The translations under genes were made by a program, and so were the position numbers. A stretch of DNA of 64,000 bases from Deltaproteobacteria bacterium (GTDB lineage: Bacteria; Desulfobacterota; DSM-4660; Desulfatiglandales; HGW-15), in the NCBI GenBank assembly GCA_016930835.1, contig JAFGGA010000136.1:8960-72959 (forward strand), given 5' to 3'. Positions 16,540 through 26,289 of the stretch are shown here, piece after piece. The notes under the pieces were generated by a model, which saw nothing but the letters and a program-made list of their open reading frames with translations, was not told where the DNA came from and made no database searches. Every line of letters begins with the position of its first letter. Position 1 is the stretch's first letter.

Positions 16540-18487
16540 GGAGAATTTTTTATTGAAAAGACATGTATATTTGGCCATGAAGAGCCTTGAAGAGGCTCAA
16601 GAAATATTTATTTCCCGATTTGGGCAAGATAAAAAGACCCTGCCCGAAGGGATCTCCGTTGAAGAAGCTTTGGGACGCGTTACGGCGGAACCTGTATTTG
16701 CAAGGATATCCGCACCTTCTTATCATTCAGCAGCCATGGATGGTATTGTTGTGCGGGCGGAAGAGACTTTTGGAATCAGCGAAAAAGAACCGATGTCTCT
16801 TCAAATCGACGCAAACGCTCTATGGATCAATACAGGGCAGGCTATTCCCGAAGGTTACAATGCCGTCATCATGATAGAAAAGGTTCATCAAATCGATGAC
16901 CATTTCATTGAGATTCGTTCTCCGGCTTATCCTTGGCAGCATATCCGAAAGGTGGGAGAAGATATCGTCGCCACCCAACTCCTTTTTCCTCAAAACCATA
17001 GAATCCGGCCGTATGACCTGGGGGCATTGATAGCGAGCGGGGTCTTTACACTTCAGGTTTGGGCTAAACCCAAGGTAGCCATCATCCCCACCGGGTCGGA
17101 ACTTATTTATTTCAAGAATATACGAGATCCGAACCAATTACCAAAAAATCAGATTATTGAGTTCAACTCCGTCATCCTGTCCGGACTCATCACCGAATGT
17201 CATGGTATCCCAATTGTATTCGATATTGTGCCCGATTCCGAGAATGAGATTCGCACTTCCATTATGGAGGCCGTGTCATCGGATGCGGATCTGATTATGA
17301 TCAATGCGGGGTCATCAGCGGGAAGCAAGGATTATACGGCCAACATCATCGAAGAGATGGGGACGGTGCTGGTTCATGGCGTGGCGATGATGCCCGGTAA
17401 ACCCATTATTTTGGGTGTGATAAAGGATAAACCTGTTGTGGGTATTCCCGGATACACGGTATCCGCCACATTATCCTTTGAGCAATTTGTTAAGCCCATT
17501 CTTTACAGCCTCCAAGGTCAGCCAGTACCGAAGCCCAAGACCATTCAGGTTCAACCGTCCAGGGACATTCCTTCCAAACTCGGGACTGAAGAATTCATCC
17601 GGGTAAACATTGGAGAGGTGGATGGGAGAGCTATTGCAACACCTCTTCCACGTGCCGCCGGATCTATTACGACCTTGACGCGAGCGGAAGGTATCATTCG
17701 CATCCCCGCCCTTTCAGAAGGTATTGCCCAAACAGAAGTCATTGATGCGGAACTCCTGGTGGATGAGGATGAAATTCGAAACACCATGGTGATCATCGGA
17801 AGCCATGATATGACCATTGATTTGCTTGGGGATGAAATCCGACGGAGGGGTCACAATATTCGTATTTCATCAGGCAATGTAGGTAGCCTGGGTGGGCTCA
17901 TAGCCCTTCGTAAAAAGACCTCTCACATGGCCGGAGCCCATCTCTTGGATACGAAGACCCAAGAATATAATATCTCCTATATCAAACAGTACCTCAAAGG
18001 CCTCCCAGTGCACGTCTTCCACCTGGTCCTTCGAGATCAGGGCCTGATGGTCGGCAAGGGCAATCCCAAGAGCATCAAAGACTTGAATGACCTTGAACGC
18101 GAGGACATTACTTTCGTGAATCGACAAGCCGGATCAGGCACCCGTATCCTCTTGGATTATCGTTTAAACCAGAAGGCCATAAAGCCTGAATCGATAAACG
18201 GATACAATAACGAAGAGTTTACCCACATGGCCGTGGCTGTTGATGTCTTGAGCGGGGCGGCGGATTGCGGGATGGGAATCTTTGCCGCAGCCCAGGCCTT
18301 GGGCCTTGATTTTATCCCCGTTGTACAGGAACAATATGATCTCATTATTCCATCTCCCCTCGTTAATACACCAAATATTCAAACAATCATGGATATTATT
18401 CAATCAAAATCATTTAAAACGCGGGTCACTCAATTAGGGGGCTATGACCCGTCTCACAGCGGTCAACTTTGGATGGAGGTCGGATAA
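16526..18487 (+). CDS. MoeA fused to a C-terminal periplasmic-binding-protein-like (PBP) domain
   Basis: 653 aa. The N-terminal ~410 aa are a MoeA paralog (SYHSAAMDGI, PTGSEL, NAGSSAGSKD, PGKP). The C-terminal ~230 aa are PBP-like (IGSHDMTIDLL...VNRQAGSGTRILLD). The true start is probably TTG 16553 or ATG 16577. Confidence 0.85.
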   Translation: MTGYKENFLLKRHVYLAMKSLEEAQEIFISRFGQDKKTLPEGISVEEALGRVTAEPVFARISAPSYHSAAMDGIVVRAEETFGISEKEPMSLQIDANALWINTGQAIPEGYNAVIMIEKVHQIDDHFIEIRSPAYPWQHIRKVGEDIVATQLLFPQNHRIRPYDLGALIASGVFTLQVWAKPKVAIIPTGSELIYFKNIRDPNQLPKNQIIEFNSVILSGLITECHGIPIVFDIVPDSENEIRTSIMEAVSSDADLIMINAGSSAGSKDYTANIIEEMGTVLVHGVAMMPGKPIILGVIKDKPVVGIPGYTVSATLSFEQFVKPILYSLQGQPVPKPKTIQVQPSRDIPSKLGTEEFIRVNIGEVDGRAIATPLPRAAGSITTLTRAEGIIRIPALSEGIAQTEVIDAELLVDEDEIRNTMVIIGSHDMTIDLLGDEIRRRGHNIRISSGNVGSLGGLIALRKKTSHMAGAHLLDTKTQEYNISYIKQYLKGLPVHVFHLVLRDQGLMVGKGNPKSIKDLNDLEREDITFVNRQAGSGTRILLDYRLNQKAIKPESINGYNNEEFTHMAVAVDVLSGAADCGMGIFAAAQALGLDFIPVVQEQYDLIIPSPLVNTPNIQTIMDIIQSKSFKTRVTQLGGYDPSHSGQLWMEVG

Positions 18488-18488
18488 G

Positions 18489-19355
18489 ATGGCAGCATTA
18501 CGATTGCAATCAAAGCAATGGCTTGTAGATGACGATGATCATATCATCATGGGTGAGGGCCGTCAGGAGATCCTGGAGACCATTGAAAGAACCGGATCGC
18601 TGAACCAGACCGCCAAGATAATGAAGATGTCCTATAAAGCGGTTTGGGGCAAAGTCAAGGCAACGGAAAAGGCCTTGAATATGACGATTGTTAAGACGGA
18701 TAGAAAGCTGGGTTCCCATCTCACAACGGAAGGTAAAAAACTCCTTGAGAAATATACGCGTTTAAAAAAGGAATGTCTTGAGGTGGATGATCGGATTTTT
18801 AATGCTCTTTTTACGCACTCCAAGAACGACTCCATAAACCCGGTAAAAAAGCCGGTAATGGTTTCTATTGTAGGGAAATCAGGCTCTGGTAAGACCACAT
18901 TGATCGAAAAATTGATCCCGGAATTGATAAAGGTAGGACTCCATGTGGGTACTATCAAACATCACCTTCATGATATTGAAATGGATTCACCGGGGAAAGA
19001 TAGTTGGCGGCACAAACACGCAGGCGCCGAAACCGCTATTATCGCCACGGCCCATCAAATTGGTATCGTCATGGACACGGATCATGATTTATCCCCGGAT
19101 GAGCTTCTCTCTTTTTTCCCGGATAAAGATATTGTCTTGATAGAAGGATATAAATACGGAAAGCAGCTCAAAGTAGAGATATTTCGACCCCAAGTTCATA
19201 AAGAGCCCATCTCCACCAAGGATAAAAGCTTGATCGCAATGGTTTCAGATGCAGACCTGGATCTTCAAGTGCCACGATTCAGGCTTGACGATGTAAGTAA
19301 CTTGGCAGGGTTCTTGTTGGAATACTTTGGATTGGAAAGGGATCAGAGGATCTGA
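18489..19355 (+). CDS. mobB: ModE-type N-terminal HTH fused to MobB (MGD biosynthesis adapter, P-loop)
   Basis: HTH region GEGRQEILETIERTGSLNQTAKIMKMSYKAVWGKV. MobB region VSIVGKSGSGKTTLIEKLI...GTIKHH.H......PGKDSWRH..AGA. ATG at 18489 directly after the upstream stop (track start 18444). Confidence 0.8.
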   Translation: MAALRLQSKQWLVDDDDHIIMGEGRQEILETIERTGSLNQTAKIMKMSYKAVWGKVKATEKALNMTIVKTDRKLGSHLTTEGKKLLEKYTRLKKECLEVDDRIFNALFTHSKNDSINPVKKPVMVSIVGKSGSGKTTLIEKLIPELIKVGLHVGTIKHHLHDIEMDSPGKDSWRHKHAGAETAIIATAHQIGIVMDTDHDLSPDELLSFFPDKDIVLIEGYKYGKQLKVEIFRPQVHKEPISTKDKSLIAMVSDADLDLQVPRFRLDDVSNLAGFLLEYFGLERDQRI

Positions 19356-19445
19356 GTGCTCAGGTTGTATAGCTTTTATCCAAAGATATCAAATTTTCAG
19401 GAATGATCCCGATGTATAAATTTGGGGCAGCGCGAAAGATTTTTT

Positions 19446-20174
19446 TTACTGAATGGTAACCAGCACAGCCGTTATATTATCAGCCCCTCCCGCGTTATTT
19501 GCCGTTTCGACCAATTTTTTTGCTTTTGTTTCGATATCCAAGTTGGAAAGAAGCAATTCCTCAATTTGATCATCCCCGACCATGTCCGTCAAACCATCTG
19601 AACAAAGTAAAAACAGATCTCTAGAAAATATCTTGCCGCGTAAGAGGTCTACGGCAAGCTCCCGTTTTTGACCCAGGGCGCGTAGAATGACATTGCGAAG
19701 CGGGTGGTTTTTTGCCCTGTCTGGTGAGATAATACTTTCTTCTACTTGTTGCTGAACAAGCGTATGATCTTGCGTGATCTGTCGCAAATGATTTCCTCTG
19801 AGGAGATATGTACGACTGTCTCCCACATGACCCAGGACAAAACCATCATCATAAAAGGCTAGTAATTCCGCGGTACAACCCATTCCTTCATGGTTCGGAT
19901 TTTTGTTGATATGTGCCAGGATTTTTTCATTCGCAAGGCTAAAAGCCTTTTTAACATGGAAGAGGACTTCATTTTCAGATCGTTTGAAAGGGTCTTTAAA
20001 CACCTCCAGAGCCGTCTCAACAAAAATGGAACTGGCTATTTCACCTGCCGCGGCACCCCCCATCCCATCGGCTGCAACACAAAATTCGAGCTTAGGGTGA
20101 ATAATGAATTGATCTTCATTGTTCGAGCGCTTCCGTCCGATATCGGTCTTTCCAGAAAAGATTTTCTGGTTCAT
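19446..20174 (-). CDS. PP2C-family Ser/Thr phosphatase
   Basis: 242 aa. GKTDIGRKRSNNEDQF, ADGMGG, GDSR, CSDGL, GGADNITAV motifs. Confidence 0.92.
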   Translation of the reverse strand: MNQKIFSGKTDIGRKRSNNEDQFIIHPKLEFCVAADGMGGAAAGEIASSIFVETALEVFKDPFKRSENEVLFHVKKAFSLANEKILAHINKNPNHEGMGCTAELLAFYDDGFVLGHVGDSRTYLLRGNHLRQITQDHTLVQQQVEESIISPDRAKNHPLRNVILRALGQKRELAVDLLRGKIFSRDLFLLCSDGLTDMVGDDQIEELLLSNLDIETKAKKLVETANNAGGADNITAVLVTIQ

Positions 20175-20196
20175 ATTGTGTTGTTTCCTTTAAAGA

Positions 20197-21822
20197 TTAG
20201 AGAGGGTTTGAGAAATGGCTATCTTCTTGAAAATGTTTTTTCATAAAATCCATAAGGTCGGAGCTATCCACGTTTATTTTAAGTCTTTTTTTCAACCTAA
20301 CCAGTTCTTTATAAATTTCCGAAGCGCTTTGAAACCTTAGATCTTTATCCTTCTCCAGACATTTCATGACAACATCGTTTAATTCTTGAGGAATGTCCGG
20401 TTGCTTCTGTATAACAGGTTGAATGACCATTTTCGGAATAGAGCGAATCGCCTCAATATCGCTTTCAAATTGATATACACGCCTACCGGTCAATATCTCA
20501 TAAAATACAAGGCCCAATGCGTATATATCCGCCCTGGCATCCACTGACTCTCCCAGGGCCTGCTCCGGAGATAGATAAGACATCTTTCCCTTTATAACGC
20601 CAACCTGGGTTAGACTCGGTTCTGATATTGCCTTAGAGATCCCAAAGTCACTTATTTTTACTTCACCGCGAAATGATATCAACATGTTTTGTGGGCTGAT
20701 ATCTCTATGTACGATATGGAGTGGTTCACCGGTCATGTCGTCACGCTTATTATGGGAATAATCCAGACCCTTACAGATCTCGGAGATGATGAATCCCGAC
20801 AATTCATGAGGTATGCCATGTTTTAGCGTTGAGAGAATTTCTCCCAGATTTTTTCCTTCAATATATTCCATGGCGATCAGATAGGCATTGTTGATTCGTC
20901 TATAATCAAGAATTTGAACAATATTGGGATGATGGAGTAGTGCGGCCAACCTGGCCTCACGCGTAAACATTTGAATAAAGTCCATATTTTCCGCGAGATG
21001 GGGCAAAATCCTTTTTACGGCTACTTTTTTACGAAAGCCGTCTTCGCCTACATAATCAGCTAAAAATAATTCAGCCATTCCCCCTTTGGCCACTTTTTTC
21101 AGTAAAACATACGGGCCGACCTGGTCCATGTTTTCATACTCTTTTAGAAGTTTTGCGGTTTTGGCCTTAGCCGTTCGATTTAACCAGATCAAAACGGCAA
21201 CCATCAAAACCATAGCGATTACGCACCAACCTATATAGATATATTTGAACCGGTTCAGCTCGCTATAAAGAGGAGCGGCGGAAAGTGCCACATAAACTTT
21301 CCCGATCTCGACGTTTGAAAAAACGATCTTGTTTATGAAACTAAAAATTTCCGATGCATCCGATAAAACGCCTGCCTCTATTCTGGTATCTTTAATGTTA
21401 TCCATGGGCGCTTGTCGGGATGAGATTTCAAATTTTTTATTGATCATCTCCGTATCCGTATGGGTTAGGATCATGTCATTATGATCCAATACGGCGGCTA
21501 ATTTTAGCGCCTTTATATTTTTGAGTTCTTTGATAAGCATGTGCAGTGAAAGAAATTCCTTATCTAATATTAAGGCTCCGCTTTTCAGTGCCAGATCTTG
21601 TGCTATTAAGGCGCCTTGCTGGAAAAATGTTTCATTTGTTGTCTTGAAGGTGTGGCGATATAATAAATAGGCACCGATATTTGCAGCCAGCCAGAGGGTA
21701 AGAAAGATGATAAGTCCTTTACGGTTGCGGCGAATGAACTCAATCTTTAACAATCTCTTTGAAAATGTCCCCAGTATACTCGTTGGGTTTTGTTTGTCGT
21801 TTCCTGTTGTCATGGTAGCCAT
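20197..21822 (-). CDS. Membrane Ser/Thr protein kinase with N-terminal two-TM sensor region
   Basis: 541 aa. TM helices around aa 36-55 and 195-215 flank a ~140-aa loop. Kinase motifs GGMAELF, AVKRILPHLAE, HRDISPQN, DFGISK, SPEQ. Confidence 0.9.
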   Translation of the reverse strand: MATMTTGNDKQNPTSILGTFSKRLLKIEFIRRNRKGLIIFLTLWLAANIGAYLLYRHTFKTTNETFFQQGALIAQDLALKSGALILDKEFLSLHMLIKELKNIKALKLAAVLDHNDMILTHTDTEMINKKFEISSRQAPMDNIKDTRIEAGVLSDASEIFSFINKIVFSNVEIGKVYVALSAAPLYSELNRFKYIYIGWCVIAMVLMVAVLIWLNRTAKAKTAKLLKEYENMDQVGPYVLLKKVAKGGMAELFLADYVGEDGFRKKVAVKRILPHLAENMDFIQMFTREARLAALLHHPNIVQILDYRRINNAYLIAMEYIEGKNLGEILSTLKHGIPHELSGFIISEICKGLDYSHNKRDDMTGEPLHIVHRDISPQNMLISFRGEVKISDFGISKAISEPSLTQVGVIKGKMSYLSPEQALGESVDARADIYALGLVFYEILTGRRVYQFESDIEAIRSIPKMVIQPVIQKQPDIPQELNDVVMKCLEKDKDLRFQSASEIYKELVRLKKRLKINVDSSDLMDFMKKHFQEDSHFSNPL

Positions 21823-22335
21823 TCCACCTCCAGATATGGAACACCCTGATTCATTGTGCTTTTTGGACTTAAAATGGTATTAGATAATAATATTGTATAG
21901 GTCTTATATTGATTTACGACCAATAGGTTATATGGACCACCCCGCAATCTATTCGATGTCTTGACTATGGAAGGGTCTGTCCATATCGATTAATCATATT
22001 GTGCATTTATTTTTTCAGCGAGGGTCCATCAGTCGGGTTTCAAGGTACTATGACAGGTATGGCTTGTCAAGGAAATAAGGGTATGAAATTGCAGGCAAAT
22101 TCTACTTTGGCGTGTTTGTTTATCTGCTTATTTTTTTGATCCAACTTCTATCATAACCGTCCTGGCACAAAACGGATTGCCACCCGATCGAATCACGAGT
22201 ACGTTCACATGATTGACATCATCCGGCGCTTATGTTTAAATCTGAACACTTTGTAAGGGTTGGAGGTCTTCAAGATTCCACTCAAGAAAACCATATATGG
22301 TCATTGTATCATTCAACACGGATAAGCAGGATTTT

Positions 22336-23346
22336 ATGCGTTTTATACATTTGATGGCTTCGATTTTTATATGGATATGTTGGCTGTGCTTGCTTTCTTC
22401 TTGCGCCCCGACTATCACTTCAGTGAAGCAACCTACGAAAACGGCTATTTATCAATCGGAAGACTACGTCTTATACAGGCTTGATGGATCGGAAACCCCG
22501 CAACACCTGGCTGAAAGATTTTTAGGAGACAAAAAAAGCTCCTGGAAGATCGAGGAAGCCAATCCTGATCAGCCTTTTTTAGAAGGTCAATTGATCACCA
22601 TTCCACTTAAGGACAAGAACAAGGGTGGACTAAGCGCAAACGGTTATCAGATTGTCCCTGTACTCACTTATCACCGTTTCTCCGGTGATTGCAGTTCTCA
22701 TCTATGTATTGCCGATCGTATCTTTGATCAACAGATGAGATATCTAAAAGAGAACGGTTATCATGTAATCACACCGGATGATCTTCTAGCCTTTTTAGAA
22801 TATCGTTATGCCATTCCTAAAAAGTCCGTGATGATCACCATGGACGATGGTTTTCGATCTGTTTATGAGATTGCCTATCCTATCCTGAAGACATATGGTT
22901 TCACGGCAACCCTGTTTATCTATACGGATTATATAGGTGTTTCCGATTCAGCCATCACATGGGAACAGCTTCGGGAGATGAAGGCAAGCGGCTTTACCAT
23001 AGGATCGCATACCATGACCCACGCGGACTTGACATTGAAAATGGAAGGAGAAACGGATCACGATTTTTTGGCCAGGATCAAAAGGGAACTGAGTGGATCA
23101 AAAGAGATCATTGATCAAAAATTGGGGCAGGACACCTTCCTTCTGGCATACCCCTTTGGCAAATATGATCAAAGGGCCATGGAATGTTCAAGGCAGGCAG
23201 GGTATACAGTGGCCATGACCGTCAAACGAGGGGGAAATGCCTTTTTTGTCGATCCTCTATCACTCAGAAGAGATCAGATCCTGACTGAAGACATGAATTT
23301 GTTTCTTTCAACCTTGATCACTTTTCATCAAATGTCATTGGAGTAA
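22336..23346 (+). CDS. LysM + polysaccharide deacetylase (NodB-type) lipoprotein
   Basis: Lipobox LLSSCAP. LysM-like segment YVLYRLDGSETPQHLAERFLGD...GQLITIPL. Deacetylase motifs LTYHRF, TMDDGF, HTMTHADL. Track ORF from 22297; I prefer the ATG at 22336. Confidence 0.85.
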   Translation: MRFIHLMASIFIWICWLCLLSSCAPTITSVKQPTKTAIYQSEDYVLYRLDGSETPQHLAERFLGDKKSSWKIEEANPDQPFLEGQLITIPLKDKNKGGLSANGYQIVPVLTYHRFSGDCSSHLCIADRIFDQQMRYLKENGYHVITPDDLLAFLEYRYAIPKKSVMITMDDGFRSVYEIAYPILKTYGFTATLFIYTDYIGVSDSAITWEQLREMKASGFTIGSHTMTHADLTLKMEGETDHDFLARIKRELSGSKEIIDQKLGQDTFLLAYPFGKYDQRAMECSRQAGYTVAMTVKRGGNAFFVDPLSLRRDQILTEDMNLFLSTLITFHQMSLE

Positions 23347-23353
23347 ATAGAAT

Positions 23354-24772
23354 ATGGGACGAATGGCGGGAATTATCGCGATCCTTTATTCGGCCGCATT
23401 GTTTGTCGGGTGTGCGCAGACCCCCCCACCTGCCCCTGCCCCAAAGGCTTTATCTACATCAGATCTTGCGGGGTGGTATGTCGCAAAGGCCCGTGAATTC
23501 GAAGACATGGGGGATCTGACGGCGGCGGTCGAGCAATACCGTTTGGCCTTGACGGTGGATATGCAGAATCCGACCGCGAATGAGAATATCATACGACTCC
23601 AGACAATACTTCAGAATCGATCGGAAGAGCATTATCAGCTCGGTTTGGAATTTTACCAAAAAGGTGAGTATAGCCGAGCACGGCGGGCATTTCTAACCGC
23701 CCTTCGGTATAATCCGGATCATCCAGACGCCCTGAGGATACTTAAAGAGCAGAGATTGTATGAGTTGGAGATAAAAGGCTATTTGGCCCGTACTATCCAA
23801 ACCGATGAAACCATTTCCGTGCTGGCAAAAGAATACTACGGTGATACCAAAAAATTCCAGGTTATCGCCGAGTATAATCAGATGGAGGACGCGACAAAGA
23901 TTCGACCCGGACAGGAGGTGAAGATTCCCATTATCGATGGTATCCCTTTTTTTAAGAGCACCGATGAACAGATTACTTTGTCCGGTGATGCTTCAGAGGG
24001 GGAGCTCACTAATGTGATCAATATTCAAAAAGCCATTGTTCACATCGTTCAACCTAACGAAAGCCTTTCAAAACTGGCATTGCGTTATTATGGAGATTAC
24101 AACAATTTTTCCCTTCTCGCACAATATAATCAATTGTCTGAAGACACCAGTTTGAAGGTTGGTCAGGAGATAAAAGTCCCTGAAATTATCGGTATGCCCT
24201 TTATGGAAAAGACAGCGGGGGCGGATGAAACCAAAACAAAAGAACTCCTGACAGGGGCGCCAACAGTCACACCGGAAGAAACTCAGGTTCAACATGCTGA
24301 TTTTGAGGAAGCGGCCAGATATCGAGATCTTGGCCTTGAACTTTTTGAAGAGAAGAAATTTGACAATGCCATTATTGCATTTAATAAGACGCTTGAAAAA
24401 TGTCCAGACGATTCTGTTTCACTGGAATATCTCTCAGCATCCCACTTCCAACAAGGATTAATCTATTTTGGAAAAGAAGATTACTTGGCTGCGCGGGATG
24501 AGTTCCAACGCTCACTTCAATATAATAAAGAATGTGATAAGTGTGAGGAGTTCATTGCAAAGAGCGAAGAAACCTATATGGATGTTCATTATAAAAAGGG
24601 CCTGGTTCATTTCACGGATGAAGAACTGACGAAGGCTTTTGAAGAATGGGACCTTGTATATCAAATGAATCCTGAATATAAAGATGTGGCGCAAAGTCTT
24701 AAAAAGGTCCGGATACTGATTGAACGTCTAGAAAGTATCAAGCGAAGTAAGATGGAGGAAGATAAACAATAA
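23354..24772 (+). CDS. TPR + 2x LysM lipoprotein
   Basis: 472 aa. Lipobox LFVGCAQ. Two LysM repeats (TIQTDETISVLAKEYYGD...GQEVKIPI; IVQPNESLSKLALRYYGD...GQEIKVPE) flanked by TPR-like helices. Confidence 0.85.
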   Translation: MGRMAGIIAILYSAALFVGCAQTPPPAPAPKALSTSDLAGWYVAKAREFEDMGDLTAAVEQYRLALTVDMQNPTANENIIRLQTILQNRSEEHYQLGLEFYQKGEYSRARRAFLTALRYNPDHPDALRILKEQRLYELEIKGYLARTIQTDETISVLAKEYYGDTKKFQVIAEYNQMEDATKIRPGQEVKIPIIDGIPFFKSTDEQITLSGDASEGELTNVINIQKAIVHIVQPNESLSKLALRYYGDYNNFSLLAQYNQLSEDTSLKVGQEIKVPEIIGMPFMEKTAGADETKTKELLTGAPTVTPEETQVQHADFEEAARYRDLGLELFEEKKFDNAIIAFNKTLEKCPDDSVSLEYLSASHFQQGLIYFGKEDYLAARDEFQRSLQYNKECDKCEEFIAKSEETYMDVHYKKGLVHFTDEELTKAFEEWDLVYQMNPEYKDVAQSLKKVRILIERLESIKRSKMEEDKQ

Positions 24773-24789
24773 TTTATCGCACTTGAGCT

Positions 24790-25527
24790 ATGACGACACA
24801 ATTACCAAATATTGTTGTCCAACTTGTTCATATAGAGGGGCCTTTAAAAGGCGAGATCCAAGAACTTTTTGATCCGGAGATATCTATTGGGCGCCTCCCG
24901 CATTGCCAGGTTCTGTTTCCGGTTGATTTTGCCATTGTTTCAAGAAATCACGCCCGGATCGTTAGAGAAGGCAACCGTTATAGGATTATTGATTCCAGCA
25001 CCAACGGTACATTTGTTAACGGCAAACGAGTGACGGATACCTTCCTAAAATCCGGGGATGTCATAACATTCGCTGAAGGTGGGCCGAAGGTAAGCTTTTT
25101 AACACGGATTGGGGCCGATCAATCCCAACCCCCAAAAATGTCACCCCCTGATACCGGGGCGAAGCCAAAGGTTGAATTGGGAGGCACTGTTGAGGTGCCC
25201 ATATCAAAGATCCAGATGCCCCTTGTAATTCAATACGGCCCGACCCTCCGCTCTTTTAGGGAACTCCCCATTACCATTGGGAGAGCCCCGGAGTGTGAGT
25301 TTAACCTTGATCACCCGGAGATCCGGGATCACCATGCCCAATTTTTTTTCAGCCAAGGCCGATATTGGGTGAAGGACATGACTGGCCGAAATATGATTTC
25401 CCTTGACGGCCTTCCGATTGAAACCCAGGCGCCACTTAATCCCGGTAATATTCTGACCCTATGCCCCGATGGCCCTATCTTCCGTTTTCTAGGTGGGGGG
25501 CGATTAGCTGAATATGAAGAACAATAG
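24790..25527 (+). CDS. Tandem FHA-domain protein
   Basis: 245 aa. Two FHA cores (IGRLPHCQV...VSRNHARI...IIDSSTNGTFVNGKRV and IGRAPECEF...IRDHHAQF...VKDMTGRNMISLDG). Confidence 0.9.
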   Translation: MTTQLPNIVVQLVHIEGPLKGEIQELFDPEISIGRLPHCQVLFPVDFAIVSRNHARIVREGNRYRIIDSSTNGTFVNGKRVTDTFLKSGDVITFAEGGPKVSFLTRIGADQSQPPKMSPPDTGAKPKVELGGTVEVPISKIQMPLVIQYGPTLRSFRELPITIGRAPECEFNLDHPEIRDHHAQFFFSQGRYWVKDMTGRNMISLDGLPIETQAPLNPGNILTLCPDGPIFRFLGGGRLAEYEEQ

Positions 25528-25715
25528 CGATGAAGCATTTGACATACACCAATGATAGACTTGCAACTTGAATTCATCCTCATTTGAAATGTCTTCATCA
25601 ATAGCCTCCCAATGGATTCCATGCCCTTCCCCGAAAAAGACGCCCATCGGTCTGATTTTAAGCTTTGTAAGCGTTCAACAAATTCCATCTTTTCAAGGGG
25701 GTAGTAATATGTCAA
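25520..25715 (-). pseudogene. DUF2442-like gene remnant (frameshifted)
   Basis: One minus-strand frame reads MGVFFGEGHGIHWEAIDEDISNEDEF, the G.GIHW..LDEDIS signature of DUF2442. The track ORF 25329..25715 is in a different frame and runs antisense into the FHA gene. Confidence 0.35.
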
Positions 25716-25833
25716 ACTGAAGTTATAGATTTGATTTTAGGAGTAAATTATTGAAAGGTAGAAGAGAGAAGAAAGGAATCAGGCGAAAAGGGCCGACAGC
25801 TCAGATTCCCCTGATTTTTTTAATGGTGATTAA

Positions 25834-26121
25834 ATGGAAAAAATATATGATGGTAAAAAGGAAGCAAAGTTAGGCACGAAAAAGAACCCGGTTGTTGTTC
25901 ATGTAAAAACAAAAAAGCGGATGAAAGAAGTCGCCGCTATATTTAAGGAACATGGCTGGGAGCATGAAATTGAATTGGATGAAGACAAAGAAGAAGACCT
26001 TACGGATTTGGAGATATTATTGAATACCCCCAAAACGGTGACAGTCGAGAAAAAGATCGGCCGTAACGAGCCGTGCCCATGCGGAAGCGGAAAGAAGTAT
26101 AAAAAATGTTGTGGGAAATGA
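25834..26121 (+). CDS. SEC-C metal-binding motif protein
   Basis: 95 aa ending [18 protein letters not shown]. Confidence 0.85.
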   Translation: MEKIYDGKKEAKLGTKKNPVVVHVKTKKRMKEVAAIFKEHGWEHEIELDEDKEEDLTDLEILLNTPKTVTVEKKIGRNEPCPCGSGKKYKKCCGK

Positions 26122-26289
26122 CTAACAAAGAACGGCCAAAGGTTCTGGGATTCATGGATTCGAGTGAAATGCTTAAGGCATTGATAAAATTGTTGGAAGA
26201 AAAACCCTTGAACCCTTGACTCCTCAGTCCCTTCTTCCCATTAGAAGAAGAACCAAATCAATTCATAACGCAACCATTTAGGCTAGAGG

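Noticed and set aside
22163-22180. TGGCAC...TTGC resembling a sigma-54 promoter upstream of the deacetylase gene.
   Set aside because: The spacing between TGGCAC and TTGC is 8 nt instead of the required 5, so the GG and GC elements are not 10 nt apart. No enhancer-binding protein gene is nearby.
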